From: Nitrospirota bacterium
GTDB lineage: Bacteria; Nitrospirota; Thermodesulfovibrionia; Thermodesulfovibrionales; Dissulfurispiraceae
Reading direction: 5' to 3'
DNA length: 37,189 bases
Assembly (NCBI GenBank): GCA_040758355.1
Contig: JBFLWF010000022.1
Coordinates: forward strand, 1-37,189
Shown one piece after another: positions 26,820 through 34,738 of the stretch. The notes beneath the pieces are model-generated. The model was not told the DNA's origin. It saw only the letters and a list, made by a program, of their open reading frames with translations, and searched no databases. How positions within the stretch are numbered: position 1 is the first letter of the stretch; each line of letters starts with the position of its first letter. The position numbers and the translations under genes were made by a program.

Positions 26820-28744
26820 TGTTTCCTTTTAAACGCCCTTATCCTCTCCATTGCCCCATCCTGGTTGTGGAGAACTATTCCTTTGAGTTCTTTAAACCGT
26901 TTTTGCATTTTCTTATCCTTACCCTTAAGATAATTATCGAGGATTTTGAGTTCGTTATCAATTTTATTTGCAAACATCAGATATTTGTTGTATTTCTCCC
27001 TTTCTGCTTTTATGGAAAAATCACCTGGCATCTGCCACTTATCCTTAAGGAATATCCATGATGCAAAGTCCTCTAATTGATAGCCTTCGAGCAATTTAAT
27101 AGGGGTTGTATTTTTCATATCCACAACCCTTAACCCGTCCCTGTCAGCTATGATCTTATGCCCTCCCTTAAATGGCTCTGCTCCCTGATAATCCATGAAC
27201 TCCCATGTGGAGACCGCTGACTGCTGACTGCTGACCACCGGCTTTTTATGGCAGCTTTCACATTTCCTCGCCTTTCCGTATGGGTGGGCTGCCTGCTCAA
27301 TCTCAAACCATAATAAGTGTTTATTATTAGCAGTGGCATTAAAAGTCCCCACCACATAATATGCATCCCTTGTCTCTCCATTAGGCCATCTGAACATAAG
27401 TTTTTCAGATGGTTTGACATCCGGTTTGATATTGCCCACACTGTGGGGCCAGATCTTCACCGGCATCCATTTACCCTTCTGGTCTTTCATGAGTATGGGA
27501 GGGCCCTGAATGCCGTAATAAAGGGAATACTTCTTGAACGGGTTCTCCTTTCCTGCAATCAAACCCGGCCCCCATATGGTAATCTGATAACCCCTCAATT
27601 CACTTATATGACACGTTGCACAGTCCATATTCTTATGAATGCTCTTTTCATGGGCCTCCTCTATCTCTATGTGGCAGTCCTGACAATTGGCCTTTCTCTG
27701 CATGTCGCCCATTCCCTTTTCGCCTGTGGTATGGCAGTCAACGCAATGTATATCTTTTTTATAATGAACATCCGGGTTCATGCCTGTCGGTATCGAGTAA
27801 TCGCCTCCGATATAGGTCTCTCCCCGTCTGCTCTGCATCGCACCTGGATGGCAGATGCTCGTCCCCCTTCCGTATCCCGCACAGCTTATCGATGTGGGCT
27901 TGTTGGTAAAATTGTGAACTCCTTTTTTCCTGTCAGGTTCGTAGTGGCAGTCCAGACAGCCGGCATGACAGACATTGCAGAATTTCTGTTTCGCCACCGC
28001 CTGTTCTCTTGAAAAAGGGACATTAAGTTCTTTTCTTATATCTTCCGTATTTTTGAATTGAAAACCTGCGTTCCTTAAAACCTCCATTGGCGGCAGGTCG
28101 GCAAATGACGGCCCGCAGTTGTGAGGCCCGTATGGCTCAAGCCATGTCCTCATTGTCCTCTGCCTGAAATTTGTTGCCATGATGGTTGTCTTGAATTGCT
28201 TGAGCTCTTCTGGATGGCATCCTGATTTGCCGCAGGTCTTTTTTGCAATATTCGGATCAAAATTAAATGTCTTGGGATTCCTGTCGTGCCAGAGGACATT
28301 CCTTACATCCGGATGCGGCAAGAGTTCTCCGTCCTGCTCTATTTTCGGCAGCATCTGCCTTATCATGTCATTTCCTGACGGCAGCAGCGAATTTGGATAA
28401 ACTTCCTTTCTCTTAAGCACATTGCCATCGTCGTCTATTAACAAGACAGCAAGCATTCCCTTGTGAGCATTGTCCGGTTCCTTTGCCCTTCCATTGCCGA
28501 GGTGGCATTCATGGCACTTTACATTGGGATGTTTAGATTCCCTTTCAACCATCTCATGGGTCACATAAAACTGGGGATAGCCCAGTCTGGTCATCTTTTC
28601 TTTGTCAGAGTGGCATCTTATACATTCCACACTGGTATCCTTCCATGCCTTATAACTCAGAACGGTTATGACCAATAGAAATTGAACAACAAAAATAATG
28701 ACCGTTTTTTTATTGATATAATCGCTGATAGTCCCTATCTTCAT
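26816..28744 (-). CDS. Membrane-anchored multiheme cytochrome c
   Basis: N-terminal TM helix; 8 CXXCH (CIRCH, CHECH, CNVCH, CLDCH, CVDCH, CQDCH, CATCH, CESCH) plus CX4CH and CX9CH. Confidence 0.9.
   Translation of the reverse strand: MKIGTISDYINKKTVIIFVVQFLLVITVLSYKAWKDTSVECIRCHSDKEKMTRLGYPQFYVTHEMVERESKHPNVKCHECHLGNGRAKEPDNAHKGMLAVLLIDDDGNVLKRKEVYPNSLLPSGNDMIRQMLPKIEQDGELLPHPDVRNVLWHDRNPKTFNFDPNIAKKTCGKSGCHPEELKQFKTTIMATNFRQRTMRTWLEPYGPHNCGPSFADLPPMEVLRNAGFQFKNTEDIRKELNVPFSREQAVAKQKFCNVCHAGCLDCHYEPDRKKGVHNFTNKPTSISCAGYGRGTSICHPGAMQSRRGETYIGGDYSIPTGMNPDVHYKKDIHCVDCHTTGEKGMGDMQRKANCQDCHIEIEEAHEKSIHKNMDCATCHISELRGYQITIWGPGLIAGKENPFKKYSLYYGIQGPPILMKDQKGKWMPVKIWPHSVGNIKPDVKPSEKLMFRWPNGETRDAYYVVGTFNATANNKHLLWFEIEQAAHPYGKARKCESCHKKPVVSSQQSAVSTWEFMDYQGAEPFKGGHKIIADRDGLRVVDMKNTTPIKLLEGYQLEDFASWIFLKDKWQMPGDFSIKAEREKYNKYLMFANKIDNELKILDNYLKGKDKKMQKRFKELKGIVLHNQDGAMERIRAFKRKQ
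27212..27238. repeat. Tandem 7-mer (CAGCAGT on the minus strand) in the cytochrome gene
   Basis: gaccgct gactgct gactgct gaccac, encoding VVSSQQSAVS. Confidence 0.8.
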
Positions 28745-28758
28745 TTTGAGGCTTCAAC

Positions 28759-28968
28759 CAAAATTACGAAAGTATCACCTAACATACAACAGCAGGTGTT
28801 CATCAAAGACTTTACACTTTGAAATATTGCAAAACATTATCTTGAATCCGTCATCTACTACATTGCTCACTATTTGGATGAGACATTTATTATCTCTAAT
28901 ATGCATAAAGAATAACACTTTGTAAAGTCTTTGATGAACACCTGCTGTTGTATCATTCGTAATTTGAG
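28759..28968. repeat. Bulged-hairpin element, copy D, with a perfect 33-bp inverted repeat and the 128-bp core (28805-28932)
   Basis: ATACAACAGCAGGTGTTCATCAAAGACTTTACA (28784-28816) has its exact reverse complement at 28921-28953. Outer stem AAATTACGAA/TTCGTAATTT; 13-nt bulge. Confidence 0.9.
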
Positions 28969-28970
28969 CT

Positions 28971-29921
28971 TTAAAGATTTGAGGAATTGGAGGGCTGAGG
29001 TGGTTGAGGGGTTGTAGAAGGGAGACTCAGTTTTATTACCTGTCCTTTTTCTCCGAGTCCTTCGAACTCTTTGCCGTTAAATTTCAGCTTCACACCGGCA
29101 GCATTCCCTATTAATACATCAATGGACTGGTTAGCCTCATAATTCACCTTTTCTCCGGGATTCAGGAGCACTTCCTTTTTATCAGCGCCATCGATGATTA
29201 TCTGTATCCATGTCTTATCTACAGCGGTAATATCGAGATTGTGCATCTTCTTTTGGACTGTCTTATTTTTATCTCCTGATTTATCAGGCGGTGTCAGAGG
29301 AGCATTGGATATCCCTGCTTGGCCTGCTGGAGTTGAATGGATTGTTTTTTCCTGTTTGGCATCCTGTACCGGCACCGGCGGAGTGACATCGGGGATTTTA
29401 TATTGCACTCCGGGCTCCGTCTTCTGCTGCACTGGTGGTGCACTCTTTCCGCCGGGGAGCAGTAGATATATTAAAAGAGCTATCCCGGCTATGGAAACAG
29501 CCACTAATATTCTTTGAGAAAAACCTCTAACACCGGAAACACCTTTTTCGATAGATATTTCCTGAGATTCTTGAGAATAATCCAATGATTCTGATTTAGA
29601 GGAAGGTATTTTTTTTATGCTCTCTAATAGGGTGTTGTCTGAAGTTTTTTCATCGGATGGGATGTTCGCTATCTCCTTTTCTTTCCCACCTTTTATCTCT
29701 TCAAGATATGCCTCATATGGAGCAATTGCTGCATCGGAAGGGTATCCGAGGAATTTTGCATACTCCCTGATATATCCCTTTGTATATACCTCAACAGGTA
29801 ATTTTGCAAAATCATCTTCCTCTATTGCCTTAAGATAGCTTGCCTTTATACGGGTTATCCTGGCAACATCCTTAATATCTTTGCCCAGTTTCTCTCTTTG
29901 TTCCTTAAGGGACTTTGCCAT
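28971..29921 (-). CDS. rodZ: RodZ-like protein (HTH, TM, DUF4115)
   Basis: N-terminal HTH (YLKAIEE...YTKGYIREYAKFLG), TM helix, C-terminal WIQIIIDG...IGNAAGV. Confidence 0.8.
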   Translation of the reverse strand: MAKSLKEQREKLGKDIKDVARITRIKASYLKAIEEDDFAKLPVEVYTKGYIREYAKFLGYPSDAAIAPYEAYLEEIKGGKEKEIANIPSDEKTSDNTLLESIKKIPSSKSESLDYSQESQEISIEKGVSGVRGFSQRILVAVSIAGIALLIYLLLPGGKSAPPVQQKTEPGVQYKIPDVTPPVPVQDAKQEKTIHSTPAGQAGISNAPLTPPDKSGDKNKTVQKKMHNLDITAVDKTWIQIIIDGADKKEVLLNPGEKVNYEANQSIDVLIGNAAGVKLKFNGKEFEGLGEKGQVIKLSLPSTTPQPPQPSNSSNL

Positions 29922-30006
29922 ATATATGGTATAAATTTACCACAATTTCGAAATAAATGAAAGAGTTAATCGTTTTGTAAACCAATTATGTTACTATAGG
30001 TTTACA

Positions 30007-31278
30007 ATGAGAAGGATAGTGATCACAGGCATAGGTGCAGTCACGCCATTGGCAAATAATTTTTTTGATTCATGGTCTCTTGTCAAGAAAGGCATTTCCG
30101 GCATAAGCAGGATTTCAAAATTCGACACGACGGGTTTGTCATGGACAATGGCAGGAGAAGTTAAGGGATTCAATCCTGAATTGTATCTTTCCAAAAAAGA
30201 AATTTTAAAACTCGACCCCTTTTTGCACTATGCGGTTGCAGCAGCAACAATGGCTGCTGAAGATGCAGGATTAACAAGCAAGCAGTCAGCAGTCAGCAGT
30301 CAGCAGTCAAAAGAACAAAAAAACTCTGAATTATTAAACTCTGCCGGTGTAATAATTGGTTCAAGCAGGGGAGGCATTACTACAATAGAGAAAGAATTCC
30401 AAAAATTATACTCCTCATACCCATCGCCTATCGCCTATCGCCTATCGCCATATTTAATGCCCTCAACAACAATAAGCATGGCTGCATCTTACGTGGCGCA
30501 GAAACTGGGCACTAAAGGTCATTGTTTAGGAATTTCCAATGCCTGTGCATCAGGAACAAATGCCATTGGAGAGGCATACAGGCTGATAAAGCATGGCTAC
30601 GCAGATATAGTGATTGCAGGCGGAACAGAGGCGCCGATATGCAGGTTTTGTGTTGGGGGATATGGCATTTCTGGTGCGTTATCAAAAACAGATAATCCCT
30701 CTGCAAGCAGGCCGTTTGACACAAAAAGGGACGGTTTTGTCCTTGCAGAGGGTGCGTGCATACTGGTGCTTGAGGAGTATGCATCTGCAATAAAAAGGAA
30801 CGCTGAAATCTATGGCGAAATTATTGGCTACAGCAGTACAACAGACGCATATCACATAACAAGACCTGACATCGAAGGCGAAATAAGGGCTATACATTCC
30901 TCCCTTGAAGATGCAGGCGTTTCACCTGAGGATGTCGATTATATCAATGCCCACGGCACATCAACGCCAATCGGAGACATGGTGGAGGCAAATGCAATAA
31001 AGAATATCTTTAGAAGCAATATTCCGGCCCCGGTAACTTCAATAAAATCCATGACAGGACACATGCTTGCAGCATCAGGCGCATTTGAGGCAGCATGCAC
31101 TGCCATGAGCATCAAAGAAGAAATCATCCCGCCGACAATCAATATTACCCAAAAAGACCATGAATGCAATATTAATGTAATAACAGAAAAAAAAGAGGCA
31201 GACATAAAAATTGCTATAACAAATTCATTCGGATTTGGGGGAGTCAATGCGGTGATTGTTTTAAAGGCAATAGATTAA
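30007..31278 (+). CDS. fabF: Beta-ketoacyl-ACP synthase II
   Basis: RRIVITGIG, Cys-His-His triad (NACASG, AHGTST, GHML), SRPFD..RDGFV, NSFGFGG. Confidence 0.9.
   Translation: MRRIVITGIGAVTPLANNFFDSWSLVKKGISGISRISKFDTTGLSWTMAGEVKGFNPELYLSKKEILKLDPFLHYAVAAATMAAEDAGLTSKQSAVSSQQSKEQKNSELLNSAGVIIGSSRGGITTIEKEFQKLYSSYPSPIAYRLSPYLMPSTTISMAASYVAQKLGTKGHCLGISNACASGTNAIGEAYRLIKHGYADIVIAGGTEAPICRFCVGGYGISGALSKTDNPSASRPFDTKRDGFVLAEGACILVLEEYASAIKRNAEIYGEIIGYSSTTDAYHITRPDIEGEIRAIHSSLEDAGVSPEDVDYINAHGTSTPIGDMVEANAIKNIFRSNIPAPVTSIKSMTGHMLAASGAFEAACTAMSIKEEIIPPTINITQKDHECNINVITEKKEADIKIAITNSFGFGGVNAVIVLKAID
30281..30343. repeat. Tandem 7-mer (AGCAGTC)x4 plus a degenerate tail in fabF
   Basis: agcagtc x4 at 30281-30308, encoding KQSAVSSQQSKEQKNSELLNS. 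Confidence 0.85.
30423..30449. repeat. Tandem 7-mer (ATCGCCT)x4 in fabF
   Basis: atcgcct atcgcct atcgcct atcgcc, encoding SPIAYRLSP. Confidence 0.85.
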
Positions 31279-31291
31279 TCGATAAAGACAG

Positions 31292-31320
31292 GGAGCGGCT
31301 GGATTTCAGGCAGACGCTCC
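31292..31320. terminator. Hairpin between the convergent fabF and GNAT genes
   Basis: GGAGCG.CTG ... CAG.CGCTCC; no U-tract, so only a weak terminator call. Confidence 0.4.
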
Positions 31321-31327
31321 ATGGCAA

Positions 31328-32431
31328 CTACAATCTCTTCTCATAAATCCTGTATCTCTTATACAGCCTCGCCCCGAACATCTCGCAAATTCTTATTACC
31401 TGAATGTTGTCTTCAAGAATCCACGAAAACTCTATCCTCTTATACCCGCCTTTTTTAATGTTCTTATGTCCCACTTTAAACAGAAGTGCATCGACACCCC
31501 TGTTGCGGTATTCGGGTTTAATGCCATAAAGCAACAGCCTCAGGTCAGTGATCTTTTTGGAATAATAAATCGCCTTGAATATCGTCAACGGATTAAGCCT
31601 GCCCTTCATCTTTTTCAAAACAAAATTATAATCGGGAATTAGCCCGAGAAATCCTATCGGCTCCCCATCCTTCTCAGCAATAAGTGTGAGTTCAGGGACT
31701 GCGAGGGGTTTCAGTCTTTTGGCACTGTAAGAAAGCTCTTCATCGGTAATGGGAATGAAGCCCCAGTTATTTTCCCATGCAGAATTATAGACGTCCTGGA
31801 AAATCTTCATATCAGCCATGAAATTCTTTTTATCAACATGTCTGACTGTTATTCCTTTTCTTTCAGCCAATGCGGCTACCCGCAAAACCTTCTCCGGCAA
31901 TTCCTCCTGCATATCGTAAATATATGCATGGAGGTCTTTCGATTTTGACATGCCGAAGACAGTTGCCAGATCATTGTAATAAGGAGGATTATGAGGCATC
32001 ATGAGCATGGGAGAACTGTCAAATCCATCGATAAAAAAACCGCATTCCTCGTTCGTGGAAAAATTCATGGGCCCGCGCATTATCTCCATGCCATGACTTT
32101 TCAATTCATCCTTGACCCTGCTTAACAGAGCATCAGAAATCTCTTTTTCATTAATGCAATCAAAAAAACCGAAAAATCCTGCCCTCTCTTTCTGAACCTT
32201 AATATGATCAGGATTAAGAATAGATGCTATGCGGCCAACAATATTGCCATCCTTTAATGCGAGAAAAAATTTTACATCTGCATGTCTTAAGAAAGGGTTT
32301 TTCTGAGAGAAGTGCGTCTTCATGTCCATAGTCAACTGAGGGACATAAAGACTGTCGTTCTTATAAAGCTCAAGAGGGAATTTTATAAAAGAATTGATCT
32401 CTGATTTTGTTCTAACTTCTATTATCTCCAC
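31328..32431 (-). CDS. GNAT-fold N-acyltransferase, bacterial ceramide synthase (bCerS)-like
   Basis: FIKFP..LY, GRIA, GFFGFFD, GPMNFSTNEECG, HNPPYY, NWGF.P, SWILEDN; directly downstream of spt. Confidence 0.75.
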   Translation of the reverse strand: MEIIEVRTKSEINSFIKFPLELYKNDSLYVPQLTMDMKTHFSQKNPFLRHADVKFFLALKDGNIVGRIASILNPDHIKVQKERAGFFGFFDCINEKEISDALLSRVKDELKSHGMEIMRGPMNFSTNEECGFFIDGFDSSPMLMMPHNPPYYNDLATVFGMSKSKDLHAYIYDMQEELPEKVLRVAALAERKGITVRHVDKKNFMADMKIFQDVYNSAWENNWGFIPITDEELSYSAKRLKPLAVPELTLIAEKDGEPIGFLGLIPDYNFVLKKMKGRLNPLTIFKAIYYSKKITDLRLLLYGIKPEYRNRGVDALLFKVGHKNIKKGGYKRIEFSWILEDNIQVIRICEMFGARLYKRYRIYEKRL

Positions 32432-32437
32432 TTCTAT

Positions 32438-33649
32438 TTATATCAGCCCCATCGCCTTGCCGACCTTCTTGAATGCATCAAGCACCTTGTCGAGATGCTC
32501 ATCCGTATGAGTTGCCATGTAGCTCGTCCTTATGAGCGCCTTTCCCGGAGGGACTGCAGGCGAGACAGCGACATTTGCAAATACTCCCTCTTCCTGAAGC
32601 ATCATAACAAACTTAAATGCAGTCTCATCCTCTCCCACAATAATGGGGATAATAGGAGTCTCGCTCGGGCCCAAATCAAACCCAAGCTCTTTAAAGCCCT
32701 TGAGCATCTTCTGTGTATTTTTCCATAGCCTTTCTATCCTTTCGGGCTCGTTCTCGATTATATCCACTGCCGCACTGACTGCTGCTATAGATGCAGGAGG
32801 CGGACTTGCACTGAATATCAATGCCCTTGCAAAGTGCTTTATGTAATGAATGACATCTGCATCGCCTGCTATAAAGCCTCCTATGGATGCAAGTGATTTG
32901 CTGTAAGTGCCCATTATTAAATCAACTTCATTCTCCAGACCAAAATGCTCTGCAGTGCCCCTGCCTGTCTTGCCTAAGACACCGATTCCGTGCGCATCAT
33001 CGACAAGAAGCCTTGCCCCGTATTTCTTTGTTATCTTCAATACTTCGGGAAGATTGATAACATCTCCTTCCATGCTGAATACACCGTCCACTACCACAAG
33101 TTTTCCCCTGCCGTTATTCTCATTGAGGATTCTTTCGAGGTCGGACATGTCATTGTGCTTGAACCTTTTGACCTCGCCATATGAGAGCCTGCATCCGTCA
33201 ACAATGCTTGCGTGATCCATCTTGTCGATAATGACCGCATCATCTTTTCCAACAAGGGCGGATATTACGCCAAGATTAACCTGAAACCCCGTCGAGAAGA
33301 CAAGGGCAGCCTCCTTCCTCATGAAACTGGCAAGCTTCTCTTCCAGTTTCACATGGATGTCGAGAGTGCCGTTGAGGAACCGTGAGCCTGCGCAGCCCGT
33401 GCCGTATTTTTTTACAGCCTCTATCGCTGCCTCTTTCACCTTTGGATGATTTGTAAGGCCGAGGTAATTGTTCGAACCAACCATTATCATTTTTCTGCCG
33501 TTTATTACTACCTCGGGGTCCTGTGCGCTCTCTATTACCCTGAAGAAAGGATAAACTCCTGCCTTCTGCAATGCCTTTGCGGTATTAAATTTAAAACATT
33601 TTTCAAAAATATCTGTCATCTGTCTTCTGTTTTCTGTCTTCTGATTCAT
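32438..33649 (-). CDS. spt: Serine palmitoyltransferase (alpha-oxoamine synthase family)
   Basis: [29 protein letters not shown] and PLP-Lys motif [12 protein letters not shown]. Start at 33649 overlaps the upstream stop (ATGA); 33619 is the alternative. Confidence 0.8.
   Translation of the reverse strand: MNQKTENRRQMTDIFEKCFKFNTAKALQKAGVYPFFRVIESAQDPEVVINGRKMIMVGSNNYLGLTNHPKVKEAAIEAVKKYGTGCAGSRFLNGTLDIHVKLEEKLASFMRKEAALVFSTGFQVNLGVISALVGKDDAVIIDKMDHASIVDGCRLSYGEVKRFKHNDMSDLERILNENNGRGKLVVVDGVFSMEGDVINLPEVLKITKKYGARLLVDDAHGIGVLGKTGRGTAEHFGLENEVDLIMGTYSKSLASIGGFIAGDADVIHYIKHFARALIFSASPPPASIAAVSAAVDIIENEPERIERLWKNTQKMLKGFKELGFDLGPSETPIIPIIVGEDETAFKFVMMLQEEGVFANVAVSPAVPPGKALIRTSYMATHTDEHLDKVLDAFKKVGKAMGLI
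33612..33644. repeat. Tandem 7-mer (CAGAAGA on the minus strand) at the spt 5' end
   Basis: tctgtca tctgtct tctgttt tctgtct tctga, encoding [11 protein letters not shown]. Confidence 0.8.
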
Positions 33650-34620
33650 AGCCATTGATGTATCCTGTACCAGTCTGCTGTCCATTTTGCTCCTTCCTTT
33701 ATTTTTACCTTCGGCTCAAACTTCAGCCTCTCTGCTGCCCTTGTCGTGTCGCAAATCCAGTGGGAATGCCTCATCTCTTTTATCTTATCCGTATTTATTA
33801 TATTTATTCCTTTTCTGGCCCCTTTTGCCTTCTCAGAGATGAATCCGAGCAGCGGCATAACAAATTTAGGGATATTCAGTCTCACCGGCCTCTTCTGCAG
33901 GGCATCGGATATTGCCTCAATAATATCATCAGTGGAATAAATATTACCATCTGACACGAAAAAAATCTCTCCCTCTGCATCCCTGCTCAGCGCAGAGAGT
34001 ATTATACCATTTATCAAGTCTTCCACATATAAAAAGGAGTAATAACATTTACCCCAATAAGGAATCAAGCCCGATTTTACCATTTTAAAAAAAATCAGCA
34101 GGTCTCTGTCCCTCGGCCCATAAACAGCAGGAGGTCTTATGACAGTTACAGGCATATTCTTTTTATTCGCTAAGACTATCTTCTCTCCTTCAAGCTTTGT
34201 CTTTCCGTAAACGGATACAGGAGATGGTTCGCTATCTTCCTTAAGAGGCCTGCCATCACAGCTCGGCCCTGCTGCAGCAAGACTGCTCAGATAGACAAAT
34301 CTCTTAATATGGGAATTATTTTCGAGCACTGCCTGCACGATGTTCTCTGTGCCTTTAACATTTGCATTAAAAAAATCCGCTTCGGAGCACGCCTTTGTCA
34401 GTCCTGCAAGATGAAAGACATAATCAACACCCTTAACAGCATCAGTAAGTGATTCCCTGTCCGTGCAGTCTCCCTTTATTATTCCGGCATTGATATCTTC
34501 AAGAAATCTCAGGTTTGCAGGGTTTCTTACAAGACAGGCAACATCAAAACCTTCACGGATAAGGGCGCCTGCAAGATGGCTCCCTATAAAACCTGTTGCA
34601 CCTGTAATGAGGGCTTTCAT
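33646..34620 (-). CDS. NAD-dependent epimerase/dehydratase (extended SDR), candidate ceramide/3-keto reductase
   Basis: [33 protein letters not shown]; coupled to spt. Confidence 0.8.
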   Translation of the reverse strand: MKALITGATGFIGSHLAGALIREGFDVACLVRNPANLRFLEDINAGIIKGDCTDRESLTDAVKGVDYVFHLAGLTKACSEADFFNANVKGTENIVQAVLENNSHIKRFVYLSSLAAAGPSCDGRPLKEDSEPSPVSVYGKTKLEGEKIVLANKKNMPVTVIRPPAVYGPRDRDLLIFFKMVKSGLIPYWGKCYYSFLYVEDLINGIILSALSRDAEGEIFFVSDGNIYSTDDIIEAISDALQKRPVRLNIPKFVMPLLGFISEKAKGARKGINIINTDKIKEMRHSHWICDTTRAAERLKFEPKVKIKEGAKWTADWYRIHQWL

Positions 34621-34738
34621 AAGTTAGTTATTGAGATATTAAGTTATTGAGTCACTGAGTCATTGATACGAATTACAAATGTATTATAAATATAAACCGT
34701 CCAATTACTCAATTACTTAATTACTTTATTACTTAGTT
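34621..34738. repeat. Head-to-head arrays of degenerate 8-mers
   Basis: Left: gttattga gatattaa gttattga gtcactga gtcattga. Right: caattact caattact taattact ttattact. Confidence 0.8.

Noticed and set aside
27317..28012. 231-aa plus-strand ORF and the other antisense ORFs in the track
   Set aside because: Shadow frames of well-supported genes, with no recognisable motifs.
30281..30449. Tandem repeats as a CRISPR array
   Set aside because: Units are 7-8 bp with no spacers, and there are no cas genes.
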